Shown: positions 1 through 12,654, counted from the first letter of the whole stretch. The stretch is DNA of 63,370 bases, filler included, from Octopus bimaculoides (GCF_001194135.2; 4 parts of 4 records of this genome joined end to end with filler, not necessarily neighbours in it), one strand, 5' to 3'. Notes: generated by a model from the letters alone, not told the origin. Numbers and translations are program-made.

Positions 1-44
<44 letters not shown>

Positions 45-58
45 CATTATTATTATTA

Positions 59-120
<62 letters not shown>
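1..120. repeat. (ATT)n microsatellite
   Basis: Direct reading; one of dozens of (TA)n, (CA)n, (GATA)n, (TAG)n, (GAA)n and (CAT)n tracts across the window. Confidence 0.98.
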
Positions 121-711
121 TCACCCTGTCAGTTATCACGAACACTTAAGACAAAAGATTCCATCATAAATCGACTGAGATCTGTTTAAACAGTCAGCAG
201 TCATCAGAGCAGGTTGATTGGCATAAACATAATAGACTGCTGAGAGAGACATAACAAAAACATACATTTTCTAGTTTGTTGTCCTACTTTCAGACCCGTG
301 TGTGAGTGTGTGTGTCTGTGAGTGTGTGTGTGTGAGCAAATCAACTTTGAAGAAAGAAAACATGCAACATGCATTCTTATTAACCAGCCTTAACTGGTAT
401 TACACACACAAACGCGTGCACACACACACACACACACACACACATCATTACTAGATGCCAATACAGTTGTAGGTTATGAGTAAAAGATTGTGAAATTACA
501 TCCCAATGAGAAAATTCTCAGCAATTTGGATTGAAGTTAGAACTCTTTGAGTCTGTTCTTGAATAAATCAACCTGGCTTATCTTTTTTCCCTACCAAGGC
601 ATGAAAATTAAGAAACACCTATTTCATACAACTACCCAACATTCCCTTCTTTAATTGTTTTTTATTCTCCTCTCACCTCCAAATACCATAAATCATGGCA
701 TCCATTCGACC

Positions 712-1238
712 GGTAATCATCAAGTTTAGGGTGGTAAAAAAGTAAATAAAAATATACAAGGGAAATAACTTAACGTCTTACGAGTATTATCCGTACTACT
801 CTGAAATGTGTTTTTTTTTTAGCTGTTTATATATAAATCACACACGTGATTGAATATCATAGTACCGGCTGAGAGATAGAAAATGCCTTGTGGAAGACCA
901 GCTGCACAACAACTTATTGTTCCTCAAAATGAAATGCTCACTCGTCAATTAATATTAGAGGAATATTGGAATATTAGTGAATTATGCAGCAGTTCAAGAC
1001 ACAAAATTTTGGAATGGTGTGTGCACCGTCGGCTTATTAGGAATACGTTTACCTGCGACGATTGTTTAGTACCATGCGGACTTGTTAAAAAACAAACAAG
1101 CATGTGTGTGATTTATATATAAACAGCTAAAAAAAAAACACATTTCAGATTAGTATGCATAATACTAGTAAGACGTTAAGTTATTTCCCTTGTATATTTT
1201 TATTTACTTTTTTTACCACCCTAAACTTGAAGATTACC
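712..1238 (+). mobile_element. Non-autonomous Merlin/ISXO2-like DNA transposon (internal deletion derivative)
   Basis: ~135-bp terminal inverted repeats starting GGTAATC (712-~848 / ~1101-1238); exact 9-bp target-site duplication CATTCGACC (703-711 and 1239-1247); internal ORF 883-1122 (ILEWCVHRRLIRNTFTCDDCLVPCGLVKK) resembles the CxxC N-terminus of ISXO2/Merlin transposases. Confidence 0.8.
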
Positions 1239-1790
1239 CATTCGACCTGCCCACTAAGAGCCATGTTAACTGAAGCTGCTCCATGACACAGAGAATCAAT
1301 TCAAATAAGAATGTAGGAGACACCAATTCACCTGGTAACCCTAACTCACTGAAAAACATTGGTAACCAGAAATTTAAAACAGACAAGGAGAAAATAACTT
1401 CTAAAAGCTCTAAGGATCTTAATTCCAAAATCACAATTTCCCTTAAATATAATCCCAGGTAAATATTTAAGAAGCTATACCTTCATGGAAATATGGACTG
1501 ACCGCCATACCCTCAGGAACAAGATGATCTATGAACTTTATTCTCCAGTCTTTATTCTTCTATCTATTGTTTTATTCTTCTATCTATTGTTTTATTCTTC
1601 TATGTACCGTGAATTTTCTGTCTGGAACTTTCCTGCATAAACACCTTGCCTCTGATGACGGAATACTCAGTGTATGGAGATGTTGACCCCTCACCTGGGA
1701 TATCCCAGAAGCAGTTATAAGACATTACTTACTTCTACTTCTTTTTTGATTCACCTTTACTCTAATTAAATATTCTAAATACCCTGAGAT
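1239..1790 (+). mobile_element. Degenerate Penelope-like element 3' end / pLTR
   Basis: Disrupted reading reminiscent of a PLE C-terminus followed by a fossil hammerhead at 1648-1723; protein similarity is weak and by eye. Confidence 0.4.
1648..1723 (+). ncRNA. Degenerate (fossil) type-I hammerhead ribozyme
   Basis: GCCU-CUGAUGA-CGGAAUACUCAG...CUGGGAUAUCCCA-GAAG-CAGUUAU-A-AGAC: intact CUGAUGA, pairable helix II, but GAAA->GAAG and mismatched helices I and III. Confidence 0.55.
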
Positions 1791-2097
1791 ACTCATCCAG
1801 CTTTGGTTTTGTTTTCCTTTCCCTTTAATATATATGCATATATATATATTAGAAGTATATATGCATATATATATATTAGAAGTAACGAATTTCTAAATCT
1901 CTCAGTGAGACTTAAGCAGTAGTGATGCGATAAAGTAGTTGTATACTGCCAACTTAAAGTGACAGTCCCAATAAGGGAATATACTACTGCTGTTTAGCCC
2001 TAAGAAGCCAGACCGCTTCCTATTAGGCCTTGACACACTTTCTGTGCCCTTATCCTTACGAAGGGGAGACAAACTCCTCCAGCCAGCCCAGCCTGCA

Positions 2098-2140
2098 TTC
2101 AGGGACATGTTTCTGAGTCTTTGCTCGTCATCAGCCTGAA
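2098..2140 (-). ncRNA. Type-I hammerhead ribozyme (PLE-type, dimeric helix III)
   Basis: UUCAGG-CUGAUGA-CGAGCAAAGACUCA-GAAA-CAUGU-C-CCUGAA: 6-bp helix I, perfect core, GAG/CUC helix II with a C.A at 10.1-11.1, palindromic ACAUGU helix III, GUC site. Confidence 0.8.
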
Positions 2141-2226
2141 GTAGCATGACCGGCTAGCTGAAGAAATCTGTCTAAGCTCCGTAAGGATATACTATTTCAG
2201 TGAAATACTATTCACTGGTAACAGAA

Positions 2227-2269
2227 TTCAGGCTGATGACAAGCAAAGACTCAGAAACATGTCCCTGAA
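2227..2269 (+). ncRNA. Type-I hammerhead ribozyme (PLE-type), helix II weakened
   Basis: AUUCAGG-CUGAUGA-CAAGCAAAGACUCA-GAAA-CAUGU-C-CCUGAAU; predicted cleavage after C2263; one G->A change in helix II relative to the minus copy. Confidence 0.75.
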
Positions 2270-2464
2270 TGCAGGCTGGGCTGGCTGGAGGAGTTTGTCT
2301 CCCCTTCTTAAGGATAAGGGCACAGAAAGTGTGTCAAGGCCTAATAGGAAGCGGTCTGGCTTCCTAGGGTTAAACAGCAGTAGTATATTCCCTTATTGGG
2401 ACTGTCACGTTAAGTTGGCAGTATACAACTACTTCATATATATATATATACACATATATATATA

Positions 2465-3548
2465 ATAATGAAATTATTGTATACAGTGCTCAAGTGCACT
2501 ACGACTTATCAAAAGTGTGTATAAAACATATGCAGTATTGTGCAAATGCCTGGAAAGTGAACAGTGTATGAGTCAGATACATACTTGCATGAGTATGGAG
2601 GGGAGAAAATCAGGTGTAGTGTTGGTGAATCTCAAGAAGCATGGAAGTTTTGAAGGATGCAGTGCTCCGACAACTAACAACTGATGCCAGCAGTTTGTTC
2701 CATTCTTCAGCAACTCTTAGCGTGAAAAAATGTTTCCAAAAGTCATGGGAGCTGTGCTGTTTTCTGACTTTGTAAACATGTCCACAGGTTTTAGACAGGT
2801 GGAGTTTGAAAAGGTGCTCAGAGTTACTGTTAGTAAGATGGTTAATAATTTTATGGGTGTCTGCCAAAGTCAGCTGCCAGACGTCGGAGTTTCAATGTAT
2901 CCATGCCCAGGGAAGTAAGGCGTTCAGAATATGGCAAATGCCTGATGGAGGGTATTCTCTTGGTTGCACGTCGCTGAATGGTTTCCAGACGATTAATATC
3001 CTGGGCAAGATAGAGGTTCCAGACTGGAGACGCAAATTCCAGGTGAGACCGCACCATAGCTATATAAAGCCTCAGATAGATAGCCGGAGAGCGGCTCACA
3101 AGGGACTCGGTAAGTGATGCCAAGACACCCTCAGCCTTCTTGGCAATTTTAGCAATGTGTTTTGTCCAACGCAAATCACTATCGACAATAATGCCCAGGT
3201 TACATTCACAAGAAGACTTTTTGAGATTAGTGTTGTGGAGGGAGTAAGTAGACGCTGGCATTTTCCTCCCAAAATGCATGGTGGTACATTTGTCCACAGC
3301 CAGCTTGAGTTGCCAGTCCATGATCCATTGCTGGATCGTGTCAAGGTCTGATTGCAATAAAGATCTATAGTGTACAGGATCTGTCCTCTTTATTTTGATG
3401 TACAGCTTGATGTCTTCTGCACATTTCAGCACTGTGGCATTGTTTAAGTTGGCATCTATGTCATTAATATATGCAACAAATAAAAGGGGGCCGAGAACAG
3501 ATCCCTGTGGTACACCAGATGTCATCTCATAGAGTGAAGAGTGCTGTC

Positions 3549-3550
<2 letters not shown>
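2465..3550 (-). mobile_element. 5'-truncated CR1/L2-group LINE (RT C-terminal half plus 3' UTR), inactive
   Basis: ORF 2851-3600 has GVPQGSVLGPLLFVAYIND, catalytic FADD degraded to CAED, LYIAMVRSHLEFASPVWN, LETIQRRATK; frameshifted continuation FFTLRVAEEWNKL in ORF 2610-2867. Confidence 0.92.
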
Positions 3551-3635
<85 letters not shown>

Positions 3636-3637
<2 letters not shown>

Positions 3638-3740
3638 GTGGAACCTCAATTTACGAACACCTCTCATCACAAATAAATTGCTTTATAAACAATTTTTCAA
3701 ACATAAAAAGTCTTGGGTGATGAACAAAGTAACAAAGATG
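3636..3740 (+). mobile_element. pogo/Tigger-like terminus
   Basis: Begins CAGTGGAACCTCAATTTACGAAC, typical of pogo-type TIRs; no partner TIR found. Confidence 0.4.
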
Positions 3741-4059
3741 CAAATGACAACAACAATGGTTGGCATCAAGCTGGGAGTATCTGCAAGAGAACACCCAATT
3801 CAATTTCCTGAGGGAAAAATACTTTCAGTTTGCAGACATTTTGGGTGAAAAACGGCCTTCAGGAATGAATTGAGTTCATAAACTGAGATTCCACTGTTTA
3901 GTTTACTGTTTGTTTTTATGTTCAGTCTTAATAAAAACAATTTTACATTAATCCGATGGGTTACTCTGTAGAGTACAAATTTATTATTCTTATTCAAGAC
4001 TGTTCTTGAAAGTGATTTTGAAATTTTGGCCAGCTAAACTATTATCAGACTCTGTGTGT

Positions 4060-4860
4060 GTGTGTGAAGGGCCTTAAGGTTAACTTAGAAAGGACTAAGG
4101 TTTCAGTAAAAAAGAAAACAGACAGGATCCTAACCTCTTCAAGTAAATGGCCCTGTTTGATTTGTAGAAAAGGTGTAGGTGGGAATTCCATACAGTGAAC
4201 CCAATGCAAAGTATGGACACACAAGAGGTGCAGTGGAATAATGTTATGAGAGAAAGTAGTGTTCGTATGTGGAAGATGCACAGGATCCATATAAACTAAA
4301 GATTCTCAAATGCCCTGGAGGCTCTTTAGGAGTAGTGGATAATTTCTACTCCCTTGGGGACCAAATTAGTAGCGGGGGAGGATGTATTGAAAGTGTAATA
4401 ACTAAAATAAGAGTGGGATGGAGAAAATTCAGAGAACTTTTAATTCTGTTGGCAACCAAAGGAAGATTGTACAATGCATGTATACTACCATGTATTCTAC
4501 ATGGTAGTGAGATGCAGGCCCTAAATGCAGAGGACATGTGAAGGATAGAGGGGAATGAGGTTAGTATGCTCCACTGGATGTACAATGTCAGTGTACAAGG
4601 GTGACAGAGTGCTAGGATATTGAGAGAGAAGTTATGCATAAGAGGAATTAGATGCAGAGAACAAGTAAGAAGACTGTGCTGGTTTGGTTATGTGATGCGG
4701 ATGGATGCTGACAAGTCTGTAAAGAAGTGCTGATCCCTGAAAGTGGATGGAAGGAGACCCAGGAAGATATGGGACAAAGTACTGAAGGACGAGCTCAGGA
4801 CATAGGACCTTATGGTTGGGATGACAAAGGATTGAGGTATCTGGTGTCTTGCCAAAGACC
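4060..4860 (+). mobile_element. RTE-clade LINE fragment (RT C-terminus), disrupted
   Basis: GVGGNSIQ..CKVWTHKRCS, GGSLGVVDNFYSLGD..RVGWRKFREL, RLCWFGYVMRM, RRPRKIWD with stops and frameshifts. Confidence 0.85.
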
Positions 4861-4989
4861 CGTCTTACACAGCAGAAGTGTCAATGCTGCCCCCACCCCT
4901 GATGATGAGGATTGGCCTGCAAGAGCCCTGTGCCAGTGTCACGTTATAAAGCACCTGTGTTGGCACCACATAAAAGGCACCTGTGCCAG

Positions 4990-5245
4990 CACAATGCAAT
5001 AGCACCCGTGCCAGTGACACATGAAGGTGCCGGGGCTGGTACCACATAAAACATGTAAAAAGCACCCAACACACTCTGAAAAGTGGTCAGCGTTAGGAAA
5101 CCAAGCCAAAAAGTGGTCAGAGTTAGGAAACCAAGCCAACTGAACCTGGTGCAGCTCTTCTACTTGGCCAGCTCTGGTCAAACTATTCAACACATGCCAG
5201 CATGGAGAACGGACGTTGAAGGATGATGATGATGATGATGATGTG
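4990..5245 (+). mobile_element. RTE 3'-end-derived short repeat ending in a (GAT)n tail
   Basis: AAAAGCACC..ACACTCT..GCGTTAGGAA..CATGCCAGCATGGA..GACGTT + (GAT)n; same family recurs many times in the window. Confidence 0.8.
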
Positions 5246-5486
5246 TATGTGTGTGTATAGATAGAGAGGGGGAGGAGGAAGGGATGTGGGGAGCTGTGTT
5301 ATTCCTCTCTAGTCATATAAAAATAATCAGTAAACTTAATCACACTTTTAGTAATGACCTTGAAGGATAGAAGCCAACTTTTTGTTAAATACGCATGTCT
5401 TATTATGTATTGTTATATTGATTACACACACACACACACACACACACACAAAGCTGCAGTATCTATAAATGTATGTATGTATATAC

Positions 5487-5570
<84 letters not shown>

Positions 5571-5746
5571 TCATGCATGTGTGTCTATGGTATGTGTATA
5601 TATACATGTGTGATTATCTTAGACTTCATAGTTACGCAATCATCACACCTGTTTCCATAATGTATGTAGGAGTATGATAACGTATATTTACATAGAAATG
5701 TACATAGCCATGTGTGTGATTTATAGACATAAAATTATATATATAA

Positions 5747-5779
<33 letters not shown>

Positions 5780-5829
5780 TGTATATGTATGTATGTATGC
5801 ATGCATCATCATCAGCAGCAGTAGCCTTA

Positions 5830-6200
5830 TTGTTCATCTGCTTTGTATCCAGGTGTGTGAAATGGACAAGTGACCACAGTCCATTTCAGTTCTCATTTGG
5901 AACCGGTGTCTTGCCAGACAGGTTGGGAACAACATCTCATGTTTCATTTTTGGCAAGTGTTCTTCTACACTGCTGGACATAATGCAATTCCATTCTTTCC
6001 TAGATTGGCCCAAAGTGTTTGATTATTTTCCCATCATCTTGAAGGTCATCCAAATGACCTCAAAATTTCTTGGATACCATTTGATAGTGACACGGGTCCA
6101 CCCTCTGTCCATTTTGTCCCATCCATTAATTTCTCTTGTTCACCAATTCTGCCATATCTGCCTGTACCATTCTGTCCTCTCTTGTCTATCCACCCAACCA
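5830..6200 (-). mobile_element. Old RTE-type LINE 3' fragment
   Basis: Minus-strand reading DKMDRGWTRVTIKWYPRN matches the RTE C-terminal motif. Confidence 0.5.
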
Positions 6201-6239
6201 CATAGGCATACACCCATTTACTTTACTTCCTGTGCTGGT

Positions 6240-6485
6240 GGCGCATAAAAAGCACCATTCAAGTATGGTCGATGCCAGGCCCACCTGATTGGCTCTTGTG
6301 CCAGTGGCATGTAAAAAGCATCCACTACACTCTCAGAGTGGGTGGCATTAAGTAGGGCATCCAGCTGTAGAAACTTTGCCAGATCAGATTGGAGCCTGGT
6401 GCAATCTTCTGGCTTGCAATTCTCAGTCAAACCGTCCAACCCATGCCAGCATGGAAAGCAGATGTTAAACGATGATAATGAAGAT
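6240..6485 (+). mobile_element. RTE 3'-end-derived short repeat
   Basis: Same motif string as 4990-5245 (GCATCCAGCTGTAGAAAC..CCATGCCAGCATGGAAAGC..GTTAAACGATGAT). Confidence 0.85.
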
Positions 6486-6543
6486 ATATATGTATGTATG
6501 TCCACTGCATATATACATATACCTATTTACCCCACCCCACACA

Positions 6544-6589
<46 letters not shown>

Positions 6590-6591
<2 letters not shown>

Positions 6592-6784
6592 CACAGGAGT
6601 GGCTGTGGTAAGTAGCTTGCTTACCAACCACATGGCACCTTGGGCAAGTGGCTTCTAGTATAGTCTCAGGTTGACCAAAGCCTTGTGAGTAGATTTGCTA
6701 GACGGAAACTGAAAGAAGTCCATTGGATAACGAATTCCTTGGCTTCTCCCTTAAAGACACTCCTATTCCTTCACAAAAAACTTT

Positions 6785-6825
<41 letters not shown>

Positions 6826-7025
6826 TATACGTATGTATATGTGTATATGTTTGTGTGTCTGTGTTTGTTCCCCCACCATTGCTTGACAACCGATGTTGGC
6901 GTGTTTACGTTCCCATAACTTAGTGGTTTGGCAAAAGAGACTGATAGAATAAGTACTAGGCTTACAAAGAATAAGTCCTGGGGTTGATTTGTTCAACTAG
7001 AGGTGGTGCTCCAGCATGGCTGAGG
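6590..7025 (+). mobile_element. tRNA-derived octopus SINE (family A), CpG-decayed
   Basis: Head GGCTGTGGTAAGTAGCTTGCTTACCAACCAC, internal microsatellite, tail CCCATAACTTAG..GGCAAAAGAGAC..CCAGCATGGC; homologous copies throughout the window. Confidence 0.85.
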
Positions 7026-7169
7026 TCAAAAGAATATATGCACACCTGCGCACGCATGTCCCCTGCCTATGTCTCCCTATTTATGAATGTATGCATGAGC
7101 AGAAGTGAATTTATGTCTATAATAAATAATGTCTCCAGTGCAAGCAATACCTACATTTATTAATTACGA

Positions 7170-7810
7170 GGACAGCTGTCCAAAAAAGTATCACACCCTA
7201 ACAGTTGAGGGAACCTGTGGAATAGGTAGACCCAGGAAGATCTGGGATGAGGTGGTGAAGCACGACCTTCGAACATTGGGCCTTACTGAGGCAATGATTA
7301 GTGACAGAGGCCTTTGGAGATATGATGTGCTTGAGAAGACCCGACAAGCCAAGTGAGATCATAGCCCCTGGCCTATGCCAGTGGGTGTAACCAACCCATT
7401 TATGAATGTCCCCCATTCATTGGACAATAAACTTTGCTTGCAAAGACCTATTGAGGCAAGTGAAATCAAATCAAAATCGCTGACATGGCCGATGACAGTA
7501 TCGCCTGATTGGCACTTGTGTCAGTGGAACGTTAAAAGCACATCTGAGTGTGATCGTTGCCAGGGCAACAGACTGGCTCCTGTGTAGGTAGCACGTAAAA
7601 AACATCTTTTGAGCGTGGTCGTTGCTAGAACTGTCTGACTGGCCCTCATGTCGGTGGCATGTAAAAGCACTCACTACACTCTCAGAGTGGTTGGCGTTAG
7701 GAAGGGCATCCAGCTGTAGAAACTTTGCCAGATCAGATTGAGTCTGGTGCAGCCTTCTGATTCACCAGTCTTCAGTCAAACTGTTAAATGATGACGATGA
7801 TGATGATGAA
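7170..7810 (+). mobile_element. RTE LINE 3' end (ORF end plus UTR) followed by an RTE-tail short repeat
   Basis: LTVEGTCGIGRPRKIWDEVVKHDLRTLGL at 7170-7356, (AAATC)n tail at ~7465, then the family repeat ending (GAT)n at ~7805. Confidence 0.85.
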
Positions 7811-8139
7811 TATTAATTAATAACAATATTGATTAAGTATTTTTAACTATCAGAGAGATTGTTCATTGCAAAATGTTTTAATTAATTTTCCAGAAGCAAA
7901 TCTTTTAACATAATTCAATTGTCAGTTTAAAAATTTTTTAATTCTTTTTCACTCCCAAAACAATTCAGCTTCTTTATTGATATTTGTGTTTGGCAATGGA
8001 CAATCCATTTCCATCTTGATTTTATGCAGTGTTGCCTGACGATGACATCTGGGGCTATTTCTAGCAGATAGTGTGTCTATGTAAAGGTTTCTATTACTGA
8101 CTTGCCTGAACATGTAGAAGCCTCCCTCATGTGTGCACC

Positions 8140-8320
8140 ACTGCTTGACAATATTGGGTGTGTATTTCTATCCCTGTAACTTAGTGGTTCGGCAAAAGAG
8201 ACAAACAGAATAAGTACCAGGCTTAAACAATGAAATATGGGGGGGTCGATACATTTGACTAAAAATTTGTCAAGGGATCGCCCCAGCATGGCCACACTAA
8301 TGACTGAAACATAAAAGACA
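8140..8320 (+). mobile_element. SINE family A 3' portion
   Basis: CTTGACAA..CCTGTAACTTAGTGGTTCGGCAAAAGAGAC..CCCCAGCATGGCC..TGACTGAAAC. Confidence 0.8.
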
Positions 8321-9213
8321 GAAGACAAAGTAGATGGGAATGGAGAGGTGAAGGGAGAGGTGAGAGGAAAGTGAGGGGATGGGATGTATGCAATGAGCAG
8401 AAGAGGGGTCTGAGCAGTGTTAGCAAGGGAGAGAGGGAAGGAAGAGAGGGAGAGGAGGAGTGACAGAGATGGGGAAAGGGGAGGGAGGGATGGAGGGAAG
8501 GAAGGAGTGAGAGAGGGGGAGAGAGAGATTACATGCAGCAAGTTGACCTCCCTGTGCCCACCCCATCGGTTATATGGTTGACAATGGTTGTTAGAGATAT
8601 TGCAGGCAGGATTAGGACGATGAGTTTATAGTCACAGAGATGATGAGAATATGTTGATAGAAGAACCATTCGGATAAGTTGGTGAAATGGTAGAAGGTTA
8701 GGGTTATTGTTTAGGAATGTCAAAGCAGTGCCACCATTAACTGGCCCAAGGGGCAACGTAGAAAAAGAAGGCATCGAAACTGACAAAGAAGGTTATGAAA
8801 GAAATGGATTAGGAAGAAATTCAGCCGAGATGAAATGCAATAAAGCTGGCTATATGAGGAATTAGAAGTAATGTGCAAGAGAAAAAGACTGAAATGGTAT
8901 GGGTGTGTATGATGCATCTGGGGATGGCATTTAGGTAAAGAGGGAGTTGAGAGGAAGGAATCTGTGGAAGGCTTAGACCAATCAGGGGTAAACTGTGGCC
9001 CCATGAGACTTCTTTCTAAATGGCATTCCAATGAAAAAGTTAGCTTCAATATTTTTTAATAAGGCAACTTATCTAATGCCGAGCCAGGACTCATACAGCC
9101 AGCTTCTTGGAAAAGGTCGCCCATGACTGACTTAGACCAAAGAAAAAACATGGGAAGAAGCAGTGAAGGCTTGATCTCAGGAAGCAATGTCTTATTGACT
9201 TCAAAAGGGACAA

Positions 9214-9251
<38 letters not shown>

Positions 9252-9692
9252 AGATAGAGAGAGAGAATGAACTTTTGTTTATGTTCCTCAACATATTCTC
9301 ATTTGACATTCATTTTTTTCATGCTCAGTTTGCTTAGAAGTAAACATAGACGTTCCATTTGTAGTTAGCCATAAGCCTAAAAAGCACAACATCCTACATT
9401 TGGCTAAATTGTATTTCCCAATTCTACATCAGTCATTGAATCACAAATCATTAAGAGCTGAAGGGAATCACAAAATCTCAAAAGACTTCTAAGCAAAGGC
9501 AAGATTCACTTCAGAGAAGAAAAAAAAAACATCTTTTGCATTCTTGCAAACTTACCTGCACACAATGTATCACTGACAAATCTCAACACATGACACCGCC
9601 TTTCTAACAGCCCCTCCCTCCACCTGTGTTCACTCACTGCATTCCTCTTCCCCTCCACCATTTCACTTATACCTCAATGTATCTCCTTTACC

Positions 9693-9728
<36 letters not shown>

Positions 9729-9879
9729 TTTTCCCAACTAGGACAGTCACGAGTCCCCTTTACTGCAACACACTTATTTTCCTCCCTCTGTCATACTCTA
9801 ACTTCTCGTCACCTGATACGAAGCAACATGCCTCAGTACTACTCCCCCCACCCACTCAGTTGAGAGGTCATTGTCTTGA

Positions 9880-10050
9880 AAGTTACCTGGTGACCTGTGA
9901 CAGGTGGTGGTGCCAGGTAAGAAGCACTGAGTACATACTGTAGTGGTTGGCATTAGGAAGGTCATCCAGCCATAGAAACCATGCCAAAGCAGACTGGAGA
10001 GCTGGGCTAAGTCTTCTGACTTGGCAGCTCTAGTCAAACCATCCAACCAT
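9880..10050 (+). mobile_element. RTE-tail short repeat, degenerate
   Basis: GTGGTTGGCATTAGGAAGGTCATCCAGCC..CAAACCATCCAACC. Confidence 0.7.
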
Positions 10051-10059
10051 TGATGGCAT

Positions 10060-10190
10060 GGAGAGGGGGGGGGGAGCGGTATTCATGGCCGACTGCTGGT
10101 CTTCCATAAACAACCTTGCCCAGACTTATGCCTTGGAGGGGATCTTTCTAGGTGCAATCCCATGGTCATTCATGACCGAAGGTGGGGGGG
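10060..10190 (+). repeat. Unclassified interspersed repeat (inverted copy at 12655-12795)
   Basis: GACTGCTGGTCTTCCATAAACAACCTTGCCCAGAC..CTAGGTGCAATCCCATGGTCATTCATGACC is the reverse complement of 12660-12790. Confidence 0.85.
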
Positions 10191-10318
10191 GGGGCTCATA
10201 CACACACATATATATACATACATACATATATATATATCAACATCAACATCATCATTTAACATCTGCTTTCCATGCTGGTATGGGTTGGACTAGCATGGGT
10301 TGCATATATATATATATA

Positions 10319-10410
10319 TACTAGCAGAAATACCCGGCTTTGCCCGGGTTAAAGAGAATAATGAAATCTAAAAACGCCGTCTAGACTATGCAACCCTCAA
10401 CTGTTAGTAG
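10319..10410 (+). mobile_element. Helitron/Helentron-associated element 5' end
   Basis: TACTAGCAGAAATACCCGGCTTTGCCCGGGTT with a subterminal hairpin; related start TACTAGCAGAAACACC..GGGTT at ~51510. Confidence 0.5.
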
Positions 10411-12605
10411 CTACGAAACCATATTTCTACATTAATAACTCTCCAATCCATGCCAGCATGGAACATAGACATTAAGTGGAATGCCAGTCTCTCATCTAGG
10501 AGGGCCTAGAAATCAATGTTACCAACTGGGGACTATGTGTGTCGTAGTGATAATAAAAAGACCCAAAGGAGGTCTGCAACGGAGTAATTTTACTCAACAC
10601 TTTGCAAGTGAATCNNNNNNNNNNNNNNNNNNNNNNNNNNNNNNNNNNNNNNNNNNNNNNNNNNNNNNNNNNNNNNNNNNNNNNNNNNNNNNNNNNNNNN
10701 NNNNNNNNNNNNNNNNNNNNNNNNNNNNNNNNNNNNNNNNNNNNNNNNNNNNNNNNNNNNNNNNNNNNNNNNNNNNNNNNNNNNNNNNNNNNNNNNNNNN
10801 NNNNNNNNNNNNNNNNNNNNNNNNNNNNNNNNNNNNNNNNNNNNNNNNNNNNNNNNNNNNNNNNNNNNNNNNNNNNNNNNNNNNNNNNNNNNNNNNNNNN
10901 NNNNNNNNNNNNNNNNNNNNNNNNNNNNNNNNNNNNNNNNNNNNNNNNNNNNNNNNNNNNNNNNNNNNNNNNNNNNNNNNNNNNNNNNNNNNNNNNNNNN
11001 NNNNNNNNNNNNNNNNNNNNNNNNNNNNNNNNNNNNNNNNNNNNNNNNNNNNNNNNNNNNNNNNNNNNNNNNNNNNNNNNNNNNNNNNNNNNNNNNNNNN
11101 NNNNNNNNNNNNNNNNNNNNNNNNNNNNNNNNNNNNNNNNNNNNNNNNNNNNNNNNNNNNNNNNNNNNNNNNNNNNNNNNNNNNNNNNNNNNNNNNNNNN
11201 NNNNNNNNNNNNNNNNNNNNNNNNNNNNNNNNNNNNNNNNNNNNNNNNNNNNNNNNNNNNNNNNNNNNNNNNNNNNNNNNNNNNNNNNNNNNNNNNNNNN
11301 NNNNNNNNNNNNNNNNNNNNNNNNNNNNAAAGTGAAAGTATTTGACATGAGTATTTTTGTTTCACTTTTGACACGTAATACTTAAATAGTGGAGGAGATA
11401 TTATGTTGCTGTGGGCTCGAACTCTGCAAGAAGTTAAAATTTTTTTTTGACTAAAACACAACTGGAACCCTAAGTAAGGCATCTGTAAAATTTGAATGAA
11501 ATTGGTTGCGTAGTTCTCGAGTTTTAGGGATTCACACAGACAGACAGACAGACAGACAGACACACATTCTCATTTTTATATATATAGATATATATATATG
11601 TATGTATGTATATACACATATAGTGTTTGTGGTACAAATAGGAGGAACAGAACCCAAAATACTAAAAAATAAATATCTGTTTACTCTTTAAATTCAGCTT
11701 CACAGATAATCCAGATGCTGCTATTTTTCTCCTGCATATCATCAAGTTAAACCAGAAATAAGTAAATATCTGTCATGTCCTGACTCCACACACAAATGGA
11801 AATACAAAAGCAAAAATTGTAGCCAGTCTACTTTGCAAACAGCTTCAAACAAATAAGATGAAAGCTTGGAGATTGAGACTGGTTTCAAGTGAGGAGTTCT
11901 ACAAGAGATTACAGTCGAGTCAATCGACTGAATTACTTGTCTCACAAGTATTTCACTATGAAAAATTAATCTGCCACTGCACTCATTCTGCTTCTCTCCT
12001 CCATCATGGCATGTCATCACACCGAACCTCTGACATTGATTGGTGTCAGCTAACAGACCATGACAAGACTTGAGGCTAACTTATCCATGACAACAACAGC
12101 AGCAACAACAACACCAGCTACAACATTAGTAACAAACATAAACTATAAACAATAACAGGGAAATCACTGCAAGCAGAGCTGTGCACTTGAGACACACTTA
12201 CTGTTGTAGACGATAATTATTGACTGGATTAATTAAAGCCTTTTTTTCTGTTTTTTTCTGTTTTCAAAGAGTGACAACAGGTGAGGAAGAAAACAACTTT
12301 ACCAGCACCACATTGCTACCATTAACTGTTCACAAGTCAATAATATCAACACACACACACACACACACAACTTGTTACAGAAACTCTGGTTATGATATTT
12401 TACCATTGTGGAAACTTGGATAAATTTTAACAATTTTTTAAAACTAAAATTACAATCTGTATATTAAAAATACAATATGTACATACATACATATTATTTA
12501 TTAATAAATTTGTACTCTGCAAATGTATAGATAACCCTTCAGGTTAATGTAAAATTGTTTTTATTATGATTGAACACAAAAACAAACATTAATACAAACA
12601 CACAT

Positions 12606-12644
<39 letters not shown>

Positions 12645-12654
12645 TACACATATA

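Larger units (their letters stand above)
1933..2434. repeat. Inverted repeat: ~208-bp arms (1933-2140 / 2227-2434), 86-bp spacer, hammerhead at the inner end of each arm
   Basis: Reverse complement of the left arm matches the right arm with about 5 substitutions. Confidence 0.95.
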
